A stretch of 64,000 nucleotides of DNA from Candidatus Eiseniibacteriota bacterium (GTDB lineage: Bacteria > Eisenbacteria > RBG-16-71-46 > JABDJR01): NCBI GenBank assembly GCA_963762255.1, contig CAVXKA010000001.1:416001-480000 (forward strand), read 5' to 3'. Made by a program: the position numbers and the translations under genes. Under the pieces are notes generated by a model. It worked only from the letters and a program-made list of their open reading frames with translations, ran no database searches and was not told where the DNA came from. This document shows, piece after piece, positions 50,846-59,304 of this stretch (within the stretch, counting starts at the first letter, position 1; every line of letters begins with the position of its first letter).

Positions 50846-50923
50846 GGCTCCCCTTCTCAATCAGCAATGGTCTCTCGGTGCATAAGCAGGAAGGGCGCAG
50901 TACCCACCACCCATGCTGATAGT

Positions 50924-50932
50924 ATTCTAACA
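50924..50932 (-). promoter_or_regulatory. Extended -10 promoter
   Basis: TG-T-TAGAAT on minus strand in an AT-rich patch upstream of the 50845/50707 genes. Confidence 0.45.
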
Positions 50933-51340
50933 TAAACACGTGCGGCCTTTGTCGATCACCTTTCAGAGCGCTCAACTCCAGCCCGCAATTCACGCTTCAA
51001 GACGGCGGGTAGGATGCAACCCACTCGCGTGTTCGTCAAGCAAGAATGTAACGCAGAAGTCCTTCCTGACGCTTTAGGTATCGGAAGCGGACAGCCGGCT
51101 TGTTACCCCGTCGAAGCTGCGCACATTCCCAGCAATGGTCCAACAGCCGGTTCGTTGGAGCGGTCCAATGCGAACATCCTCCTGGCTATGAGCCACTGCG
51201 GCTAACTTCCAGTCGGGGCGGACAAGGCGCTACCGGTCCGCTGATCAATGACCATTTGTCGGCGGACCCAAGCCCGGATGGCAACTTCCCCTTGACCCCG
51301 TCGCGTCTCGGCTCCCCAATGGGGTCTGGAGGTTGACGTT

Positions 51341-51925
51341 ATGCCGTATTTGTCACCACCTACGCTCACTCGCTCCGAACAGGCCGCCCTGCTCCAAGCA
51401 AGCTCGGTTCACCCCCGCGATCACCTCGCCTTCTCCCTCGCCCTCGGCACCGGACTGAGGCTCGCGGAGATCGTCGGCCTCAACGTCGGCGATGTGTTCA
51501 GCGCCGACGGCAAGCCACGAAGCCGCATCCGTCTTCGCCGCGAGATCGCCAAGGGCGGCCGCGCCGGCGACGTGTTCCTGCCGGACGCGCTGGGGCCGAA
51601 GCTCGTGCGGTTCTGGGGGTACAAGGTGCGGTCGGGTGAATCCCTGTCGCCATCGTCACCCCTCCTCTGCAACCAGTCCGGTCTAAGGATTTCCAAACGC
51701 CGCGTCCAAATGACATTCAAGACCTGGCAGGTGCGCGCGGGGTTCGATCGGATCTATGGCTTCCATGCGATGAGACATTCGGCGATAACTTCTGTCTACC
51801 GCATGTCCCGCGATCTCTTCCTCGCGCAACGGTTCGCAAGGCACGCGAGCCCGATGACCACCACCGTCTACACCCACATCGGTGATGAAGAACTCATGCA
51901 GGGCATCCGAACTTTGAACTGCTAG
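51341..51925 (+). CDS. Short tyrosine recombinase/integrase (catalytic domain only)
   Basis: GLRLAEI (R), AKGG (K), HAMRH (HxxR), RHAS (H), VYTH (Y); GGAGG RBS. Confidence 0.92.
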   Translation: MPYLSPPTLTRSEQAALLQASSVHPRDHLAFSLALGTGLRLAEIVGLNVGDVFSADGKPRSRIRLRREIAKGGRAGDVFLPDALGPKLVRFWGYKVRSGESLSPSSPLLCNQSGLRISKRRVQMTFKTWQVRAGFDRIYGFHAMRHSAITSVYRMSRDLFLAQRFARHASPMTTTVYTHIGDEELMQGIRTLNC

Positions 51926-52383
51926 CCGCCCACGGCCAGTGGTAGAATTCATGGTCCTGAGTGGTGACGAGCTTCATTGCTGCCCACCGATTCCCCCAGG
52001 TTGGGGCATCACTCGGGAACGCCGGGCCTAGCTCACGCTGGGCCCGTTCGTTATGGCGGCCACCAGTTACATGTCCACTGGATGCCGAGGGATGCGTAGC
52101 GGCACTGCGCCAAGGTCCCTATGCTGGCGAGTGTGGTTGCGGGCAGCGATGCCTTCACAAACCGACTTGCCAGGCTCTCCGGAGGATTGACAGGTTCGCC
52201 TGCAGTCCAGATGCCCAGTCAGGGCCATGTCTGTACGTGGTACGCGTACGGCGGCAGCGGGAACCAACAACTCACTGCTATCGGATCAGACCAGTGGACG
52301 GCCACGTTCTGGGTTCTCGCCCCCCGTGCTGCCTGATAGGATGGCGTCCTTAGGTTCCGTGACTGGACTAGTTGGGGGTAACA

Positions 52384-55300
52384 ATGGCCGACGGTACTCA
52401 CGAGCAAACAATCAATGCGGCGCTAGGGGAAGTGCTCGCCGGCCTCATCCATGGATGGAGGGTCAGCGCAGAGAGAATCGGTGGGGTCGTTGAGCGCGGG
52501 GGCCGTCCTGACATTCTGGTCGAGGATCAGAGCGGTTGGCCCGTGGTGATAGAGGCAGAGGTAGGAAATCATCGTCAGGCCGAACGGGATGCGCTGGCAA
52601 GGCTTGGCGGTCGTCTGAGCCGCGCCCCCAGGACTATCGAGACTGCGGTGGCCTTGGTGTACCCGGAGGCCCTTCGTCACAAGGACGCCGGAGCACTTCG
52701 GAACGCCATCCTGTCAGCGCGCTTCGAGTATGCCGTGTTTACCTCGACCACCGACCACAGCGCACAACGATTCCCCCTCTCTGGTTGGCTAAGTGGCGGC
52801 GTTGGCGACCTCGCAATGCTCACCCACCGAGTCAGCGTGCCACCTTCGCGAGTCGAAGCCCTTGCAGTAGCGCTCGAGGGAGGTGTGAACCGGGCCGAGG
52901 GTTACTTGTCGGCACAACATCCGCACGGATCCCCGATCGGGAGCCGCGTCGCTGGAGCCCTTGGGCAAGTGGACGACGAAGCCGGTCAGAGCCGCAAGAT
53001 GGCGTTGACAGTAGTCACCAACGCCCTTGTCTTTCACGCGGCTCTTGCCGAAGCAAGCATGCTCGTTCCGGATGTCAGGACCAGGAGAGACCGTCCGGTA
53101 AAGTCGCCAATAGCATTCCGGGTGAATGCGGCATTCCGCCCGACCCCCTTGCTTGACGAGTGGGCCGCGATACTCATCGTGAACTACTGGCCCATATTCC
53201 ACACGGCCAGCACGGTCCTTCGCGAACTGCCCACGCGATCGGCTGCCGCGATTCTGGATACTCTCTGGCAGACTTCCGAAGATCTGATTGCCGGAGGAGT
53301 GACCAAGTCTCATGACTTGACCGGGGTCATTTTTCAGCGCTTGATTGCCGATCGCAAATTTCTGGCCACTTTCTATACAAGACCGGCCGCAGCCGCTCTA
53401 CTTGCCGGCTTAGCCTTGCCGGTCCATCGCCCACTGGCGGGCGCGACTTGGGAGAGTACGAAGGATCTTTCCGCAGTCCGGATTGGCGATTTTGCCTGCG
53501 GTACAGGCACTCTGCTGTCGACAGCATACCAGCGACTCAGTCTTCTGCATGAGATTCACGGCGGCGATCCGCAGGCCCTGCACAAGGAAATGATGATGCA
53601 CGGCCTTGTGGGGCTGGATGTACTGAATGTTGCAGTACACCTAACCGCAGCGATGCTGGCTGGCACGCATCCCGATACTCCGTTTGCTGGAGAGTGTCTG
53701 TTGACCATGCCGTATGGAACCCACGAGTGGGGGTGTTCCCTCGGCTCATTGGACTTGCTGGCCGCCCAGATTCCCATCGACTTCATGCAGGCAGCAGCCA
53801 AGACTGCAGGGGGGAAGGGCGAAGAGGATGTACGGGACCTGATGCGCCGGGTCGGACACGGACAGTTTCAGCTTGTAATCATGAATCCACCGTTCACGCG
53901 ACACGGTGCACACGAAGGGGAGAGGATCCGCGTCCATAATCCAGCGTTTGCCGCCTTTGAAGCGGATGAGACGGAGCAAGATGCGCTTGCGCGACATCTC
54001 AAGCGGCTCGCAAAGGGAAGTTGTGCGCACGGACATGCCGGGATGGCCTCCTACTTCGTGGAGCTTGCCCATCGGAAACTCGCTCCCTCCGGTGTCGTAG
54101 CCCTCGTGCTGCCGATGAGTGCCATGAGTGGCCAAGCCTGGGAAGGTGTCCGCGTGCTTCTACGGGATAAGTACGACAGCATCCTCGTCGTGTCTATCGC
54201 GGAGCGAAAGAGCTTCTCACGGTCATTCTCAGCAGACACTGGCATGGCAGAGTGCTTGGTACTGGCCGTACGTTCCAAGCCGAGGGGGCGCATCAAACGT
54301 GCGCATTTTGCCGTACTCGATGGGCAGCCGCAGACGACCCTTGAGGGCGATTTGATCGCAGCGGCGATCACTGCGGCGATTTCATCCGACGACGTGAGGA
54401 AGCTGGAGGATGGTCCCTTTGGCGGGACTCGTGTTTCGCTAGGAAGTACAGAGGTCGGCGAGGTCATCGACTGCCCCCTTCCACATGAGGGGGGGTGGCC
54501 AATGGTCGGGGTCAACGGGGTGAGCCTCGGACAGACAGCATACCAAGTGAGCCAGGGGCGGCTCTGGATTGAAGGCACAGCATTCGAGCAGGCGCCGGAT
54601 CTTCCGGTAGCAGCGATCGCGGACATCGGCGCCCGAATGGGTCCACACCACTTGGACATATCAGGCGCCATGCTCAAGGGGGACGGACTGCCCCAGGGCC
54701 CCTTCTCCGTGCACCCGGGCATGCCTCCCGGCGCCGGTTATCCCGCCCTCTGGAATCATGACGCGGACAGAGAGCGCACGCTCGTAGTTACTCCCGATTC
54801 TCATTGCCAAGTCCGTGACATTGGCGGGCAAATACCTCAACGACTTCAAGAACGTGCCGCGATGAGGTGGGCCACGGCCACGCGAGCACACTACAACCAG
54901 GATCTACAATTCAATTCACAGTCGTTGATAGTCGCGATGACCGAGCGTCCGTGCATTGGTGGGCGGGCATGGCCTTCAGTCATCTTTGACGCACCCGATC
55001 ACGAATTCGCATTTGCTCTCTGGTGCAATTCAACACTCGGGCTACTGTGCCACTGGTGGCAATCAAACAAGTCACAATCTGGCCGAGGAACGACGACGGT
55101 CACCAGCGTCCCGCTTTTCGCGACTCTGGATGTTCGAGCCCTGAGTAAGAAGCAGCATGCGGCCGCCAAGGCAGCCTACAATGCCATGTCACATCTTCGC
55201 TTCCTGCCCTTTGATCAGGTAGACGAAGACCCCGCACGAGCCGAACTCGATCGCCATCTCTTGGTGGATGTACTGGGCTTGAGCGGGCGGTTCTGTCACT

Positions 55301-55425
55301 CGCACGGACCTCTGGCATTGCTCCGCCAGAAGCTTGCGGCGGAGCCACAGATTCAGGGGGGAAAACGAACGCGAGTCGTCTTCACGAGGAATGGGGAGAC
55401 TAGTGAACCAAGGTCCGACCGTTGA
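52384..55425 (+). CDS. Type IIG-like fused restriction endonuclease/N6-adenine methyltransferase
   Basis: N-terminal PD-x-E-x-E nuclease-like motif (RPDILV...VIEAE), FYT, motif I DFACGTG, motif IV MNPPF, C-terminal TRD-like region. Confidence 0.85.
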   Translation: MADGTHEQTINAALGEVLAGLIHGWRVSAERIGGVVERGGRPDILVEDQSGWPVVIEAEVGNHRQAERDALARLGGRLSRAPRTIETAVALVYPEALRHKDAGALRNAILSARFEYAVFTSTTDHSAQRFPLSGWLSGGVGDLAMLTHRVSVPPSRVEALAVALEGGVNRAEGYLSAQHPHGSPIGSRVAGALGQVDDEAGQSRKMALTVVTNALVFHAALAEASMLVPDVRTRRDRPVKSPIAFRVNAAFRPTPLLDEWAAILIVNYWPIFHTASTVLRELPTRSAAAILDTLWQTSEDLIAGGVTKSHDLTGVIFQRLIADRKFLATFYTRPAAAALLAGLALPVHRPLAGATWESTKDLSAVRIGDFACGTGTLLSTAYQRLSLLHEIHGGDPQALHKEMMMHGLVGLDVLNVAVHLTAAMLAGTHPDTPFAGECLLTMPYGTHEWGCSLGSLDLLAAQIPIDFMQAAAKTAGGKGEEDVRDLMRRVGHGQFQLVIMNPPFTRHGAHEGERIRVHNPAFAAFEADETEQDALARHLKRLAKGSCAHGHAGMASYFVELAHRKLAPSGVVALVLPMSAMSGQAWEGVRVLLRDKYDSILVVSIAERKSFSRSFSADTGMAECLVLAVRSKPRGRIKRAHFAVLDGQPQTTLEGDLIAAAITAAISSDDVRKLEDGPFGGTRVSLGSTEVGEVIDCPLPHEGGWPMVGVNGVSLGQTAYQVSQGRLWIEGTAFEQAPDLPVAAIADIGARMGPHHLDISGAMLKGDGLPQGPFSVHPGMPPGAGYPALWNHDADRERTLVVTPDSHCQVRDIGGQIPQRLQERAAMRWATATRAHYNQDLQFNSQSLIVAMTERPCIGGRAWPSVIFDAPDHEFAFALWCNSTLGLLCHWWQSNKSQSGRGTTTVTSVPLFATLDVRALSKKQHAAAKAAYNAMSHLRFLPFDQVDEDPARAELDRHLLVDVLGLSGRFCHSHGPLALLRQKLAAEPQIQGGKRTRVVFTRNGETSEPRSDR

Positions 55426-55544
55426 CCTCGCACGCCGCGCGTATCGTTGGGAGGGTCATCCGAGTGCAAGACGGGGCATCTTCCCGGAATCGCGACCCAT
55501 CGCTTGCTTACTGACCCAGGCCAAGGAGGAGCGCCGGCAGAGAT

Positions 55545-55712
55545 CTATCGCTTCTCTTTTCTCTTGGACTTCTCTTCGGACCGTCCACTGATCGTCCAGA
55601 CTTTCTTGTCGACCGCCCGCTTCGCCCAGTCAGGTGCCCGGTCAGCAACCCGGTCAATACCATCCCAAAAGTCCTTGCTGTCCTGCCGTTGCGACTTCGT
55701 GTTCTGCTTCAT
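55545..55712 (-). CDS. Small basic protein (55 aa) translationally coupled to the dCTP deaminase
   Basis: ATGA overlap with deaminase stop; MKQNTKSQRQDSKDFWDGIDRVADRAPDWAKRAVDKKVW... Confidence 0.55.
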   Translation of the reverse strand: MKQNTKSQRQDSKDFWDGIDRVADRAPDWAKRAVDKKVWTISGRSEEKSKRKEKR

Positions 55713-57199
55713 CGTGATTCAGCTCTCAATTTCCTAAGAATACGCGCAGCAGCAGTTTCACGTTCAGAATAGGCTGTTGCCGCCTCATGCATCCTTACCT
55801 GCCACTTACTCTTGACGAGTTTACCATCTCTAGCTTTGCGCTTCAACGGCCCATCTGGCCCAGTCTTCATGGAGAAGAGGGTTGCGTACCTGCTCGGTGC
55901 CACCCCGATGAAAGGTTCCAAGACCACAAGGGGCCTCTGATGGGCGTCTGCCACAGTAGGTCGTCCCTCCAATGTGACTGCATCCGCATGGAGCTCGGCT
56001 GCGAGGCTCTTTGGGTACGGCTCGATGTAGACGACGTGCTCGATCCCAGCAGCAACGATGTGCTTTGCACAGTTGTGACAAGGAAACGTCGTGCAGTAGA
56101 GAGACGTTCCTTTGACGGGTATTCCTACTCGACTGGCCGCCAGTACAGCCGCCACCTCAGCATGAACAGCCCGCCCGAATTCGGTCAGGCTGACCAGCCT
56201 ACTGCCGGACAGCGCCACTTCAAGCTCCGCGATGTTACCTGTTGGGCGCCTCTTCCGGTTTGATTTGGCACTCTTGGGCCATTTCTGATGTAGCTCGGCG
56301 AGAAGCCCAAGAATCTGGACTCTGTTCGAATCATGGCCCAGCTCAACATCTCGCTTCCGGTACTCGTCAGTACACCAGTACTGTCCCCCTCCGGCCTTGG
56401 GAACTTCATTGCAGCCGACACTTATGACATCGCCGTCTCCATTGAGAATCGCGGCCCCCACCTGTCGCGACAGGTCTGCGGATCGTAACCCTGCGGCTTG
56501 GGCCAAGAACATGCCGTACTCGTCGATGTTGGGAGATAGGACAGCCGCCCCGCCAAGCAGGGACATGAAGCGGTCTAGCGAGCTTTTCACAGATTCCACA
56601 TTGGCGCTGCTAACGAAAACATCGGAAAGATGAAAGGTGTCTCGTACTTGCTGCCCCCACTTAATATCCTCTGCCTGATCGCGCTTGATGAGTGTGTCTA
56701 CCTCTCCTCCCGATATGCCGGAACTGCCCAAGGCAGCGCGGCGCTCCTTCTCGCTCGCGTGCACGCCAATGAGCCAAAAAGAGTCTCCGTATATGTCCCG
56801 CAACGTCTGTACTTCCGCGTGGTGCTTCAGTTGCCGGACAATGTACGCCCGTTTGCGGCGCTTAAATGGATCAGCCGTCCTCGCGCGCTCAGCGATAACT
56901 CCAGCCGCGAGAAGGGCCAATACATCTTCGCGGCCGGTGATCTTGCGGAGTTCATTGCCTTGATCCATCAATCCCATGATTCTCTGATACTCCCGCGTCC
57001 CTTTGTGCTTTCTCTGTCTGGAGGGCCAGCGCGAGTGAGCCAGGGATTCACTCAATCGAATGTACTCAACTGGGTACTTCACGGTGCCCAGAAACGCAGC
57101 CAGGGCCTGCACCGCCAAGTCGACACGCGCCCCAACTGCGGATGTTAGACCAATGATCAGTTCCGGTTCCTTGGCATCCAGTGACGCGATTGTTCGCAT
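55709..57199 (-). CDS. Anti-phage dCTP deaminase (AvcD-like, P-loop kinase plus deoxycytidylate deaminase)
   Basis: ELIIGLTSAVGA, QLKHHAEV..LR.IYG, RSADLSRQVGA, GCNEVPKAGGG, VHAE, TTFPCHNC, YIEPYPKS. Confidence 0.92.
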   Translation of the reverse strand: MRTIASLDAKEPELIIGLTSAVGARVDLAVQALAAFLGTVKYPVEYIRLSESLAHSRWPSRQRKHKGTREYQRIMGLMDQGNELRKITGREDVLALLAAGVIAERARTADPFKRRKRAYIVRQLKHHAEVQTLRDIYGDSFWLIGVHASEKERRAALGSSGISGGEVDTLIKRDQAEDIKWGQQVRDTFHLSDVFVSSANVESVKSSLDRFMSLLGGAAVLSPNIDEYGMFLAQAAGLRSADLSRQVGAAILNGDGDVISVGCNEVPKAGGGQYWCTDEYRKRDVELGHDSNRVQILGLLAELHQKWPKSAKSNRKRRPTGNIAELEVALSGSRLVSLTEFGRAVHAEVAAVLAASRVGIPVKGTSLYCTTFPCHNCAKHIVAAGIEHVVYIEPYPKSLAAELHADAVTLEGRPTVADAHQRPLVVLEPFIGVAPSRYATLFSMKTGPDGPLKRKARDGKLVKSKWQVRMHEAATAYSERETAAARILRKLRAESR

Positions 57200-57556
57200 G
57201 GTGTCTCCTGTGGGCGCTCACTTTGCGTCGTGGACTTCAGGACTCGTCGAGACGCGCTACGCCAGGACGATGCGCGGAGTCAGGCGGCTCCTCGGCCGAC
57301 GCCGGGGCGTCTGGAGAATACCAATAGATCGCATACTCTCATCGGCCGTTGCGCTTCAAGAGGACGGTTCCTCAGGGGCGCTGCTTCCCCGCCCTTACAG
57401 ACCAGTACACCACTCACCTGTGTAGTCCACAGCGCCTCCAGTTTGCGGTAGCCGGTCAGCAGTCACGTCCGCCCCTCGGGACTCACTTTCATCGACTAGA
57501 CTGGTCCTGGCAATCGACAGTTCTTCTTTGTGTCAGAAGACGACATGTCGCAACGG

Positions 57557-57895
57557 GGGCATTTCGGGGTCAGTTCTGGGCCGTCCGGGACGCGGCAGGG
57601 GCCGCTAATGGGCATTTCAGGGGCAGTTTTTGGCCTGTTTTTTCGCCTCTGGCGAGGCCGCAGGTGAAGCCGAACACGCCTTAGTCTATATATTTCAAAT
57701 AGTTACGCGATCCAGTCCTCGGCCGCCTAATGGGCATTTCGGGGTCCGACCCCGAAAACGATGCCCATTACGGGGGGTCTACGCCAGGGTCCATGCCGCG
57801 AAATCGCCATCAGCGGAAAGGCCGATGCCGTTTTTCGGGCTCTTTCTCCTGGGGCCACGCCCATTACAGGCCCCTTTCGGGGGTCCGGATGCCCC
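57557..57895. repeat. Cluster of (TAAT)GGGCATTTC(G/A)GGG direct and inverted repeats
   Basis: Copies at 57557, 57606, 57728; inverted ATGCCCATTA 57761 and GCCCATTA 57859; long hairpin 57728-57770. Confidence 0.75.
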
Positions 57896-58237
57896 TGTTT
57901 GGATCTCCTTAGAGGGCCGACGGGAACGCGTCACCGAGCGACGAGATCGCGTCGACACTGTCACCCGAGGCATGACTGCACCGCCGCAGGACCGACAAAG
58001 CACCATTCTCCGTAGCCCAGCGTGGTGGGCACGTAAGCGATTGTGGAATAATCGTTTATAGGCGTGACGGAGCCAGCGCGAACCCCTTAGGCGCATGCGC
58101 TGACACTCGACACTCCCCCAGATAGGCAACCTTCCCACCGTCAGGTGCCTGTTCGACAAAACACGCGTTGTGACATTGTGGGTACTGGATGTGAAAATAG
58201 GGTTGTGCATGCGCCCAGTCTCTGGTACCGTCTCTGC

Positions 58238-59125
58238 GTGGTCATTTCTAAGAGCAGTTACCCCACGAGTGTTCTGACCCCGGAGGAGTGCGAGAGGCTC
58301 GTCCTCGCGTTCTCTGAGAAGTCGACCTCGGGTGCTCGCAACCGCGCCATCGTGTCGTTGGCTTGGCGTGGCGGACTCCGTCATAGCGAGTTGGTGGCTC
58401 TCAAACCGGGTGACTACAACGCCGTGATGAATGAACTCACCGTTTGGAGCACATCGCAAAACGCCGGGCGCAGGATCTCGCTCGACCCGGAGACGAACTT
58501 CTTCTTCGCGCTTTGGATGGGTGAACGCACGGCCCGGCGCAAGCGGTTGAACATCAAGCATGAGCACCCCGTGTTCTGCACGATTGAACGCGGACGCTTC
58601 GGTGAGCCGCTCAGCGAGAACTACATCCGCAACATGATCGATCGGGGTCGGAAGAAGGCGGGCATCTCGAAGAAGGTCTATGCCGAGTCCCTCCGTGACG
58701 CGCGGGCGGTTGAGCTGCGCTACGCAGGATTCAGCCCCATGGCAGCCCTGCACTTCCTTGGCGACCGCAGCTTTCTCGACAACCCGCGTTATGGCCCACT
58801 GCCGGCCGGTGACTTCAGCGGGACTCATCTGGAGAAGACTGCATGGCTGGTGGATCGCCCCAGATTGAAATTCTTGGTACAGGGGATGACCTTGACCCCG
58901 CGAGATCACGAAGACCAGGAACTCACATCGCACGTGCAGTGGACGCAGGTCGTCGCCGATCGAAGCGGCGCAGTCGAACAGTCGTTTAGTCACGAAGAGG
59001 TGCTTTCCAAGTCGCGGTCGGGCGGCACGGTTGAAGAGAAGGTTGATCGTCTAGAGCGTCGAATCGAAGAACTCACCCACGCCATCGAGACGCTCACGCG
59101 CCTCGCGAAGGGAGGCGACTCCTAG
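58238..59125 (+). CDS. Tyrosine-recombinase-like protein with degenerate active site and coiled-coil tail
   Basis: LTPEE, RNRAIVSLAWRGGLRHSE; ESLRD instead of HxLRH, LGD instead of LGH; start uncertain. Confidence 0.75.
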   Translation: MVISKSSYPTSVLTPEECERLVLAFSEKSTSGARNRAIVSLAWRGGLRHSELVALKPGDYNAVMNELTVWSTSQNAGRRISLDPETNFFFALWMGERTARRKRLNIKHEHPVFCTIERGRFGEPLSENYIRNMIDRGRKKAGISKKVYAESLRDARAVELRYAGFSPMAALHFLGDRSFLDNPRYGPLPAGDFSGTHLEKTAWLVDRPRLKFLVQGMTLTPRDHEDQELTSHVQWTQVVADRSGAVEQSFSHEEVLSKSRSGGTVEEKVDRLERRIEELTHAIETLTRLAKGGDS

Positions 59126-59304
59126 ATTCATAGGATTGCGAGTAGTGCCCGTTCGTACCCCCGGGCCAGGATCGGATCCACAGCAATCGTACAGAGTGGT
59201 CGCCTCATCGGACTTTCTCTCAGGCCCCACTACGCCCGGCCTTGGGCGTCCCGTTCCACATTCCGCCGACTGCTTCTCCTCGGCGTCGGCGTGGAGGATT
59301 CCTG

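Noticed and set aside
50920-50950. dif-like site (TTATGTTAGAA resembles the XerD arm)
   Set aside because: No XerC arm at 6-bp spacing; better explained as an extended -10 promoter
48150-52380. Integron with attC cassettes around the 51341 recombinase
   Set aside because: Recombinase is too short and lacks the IntI-specific insertion; no convincing RYYYAAC...GTTRRRY palindromic sites between genes
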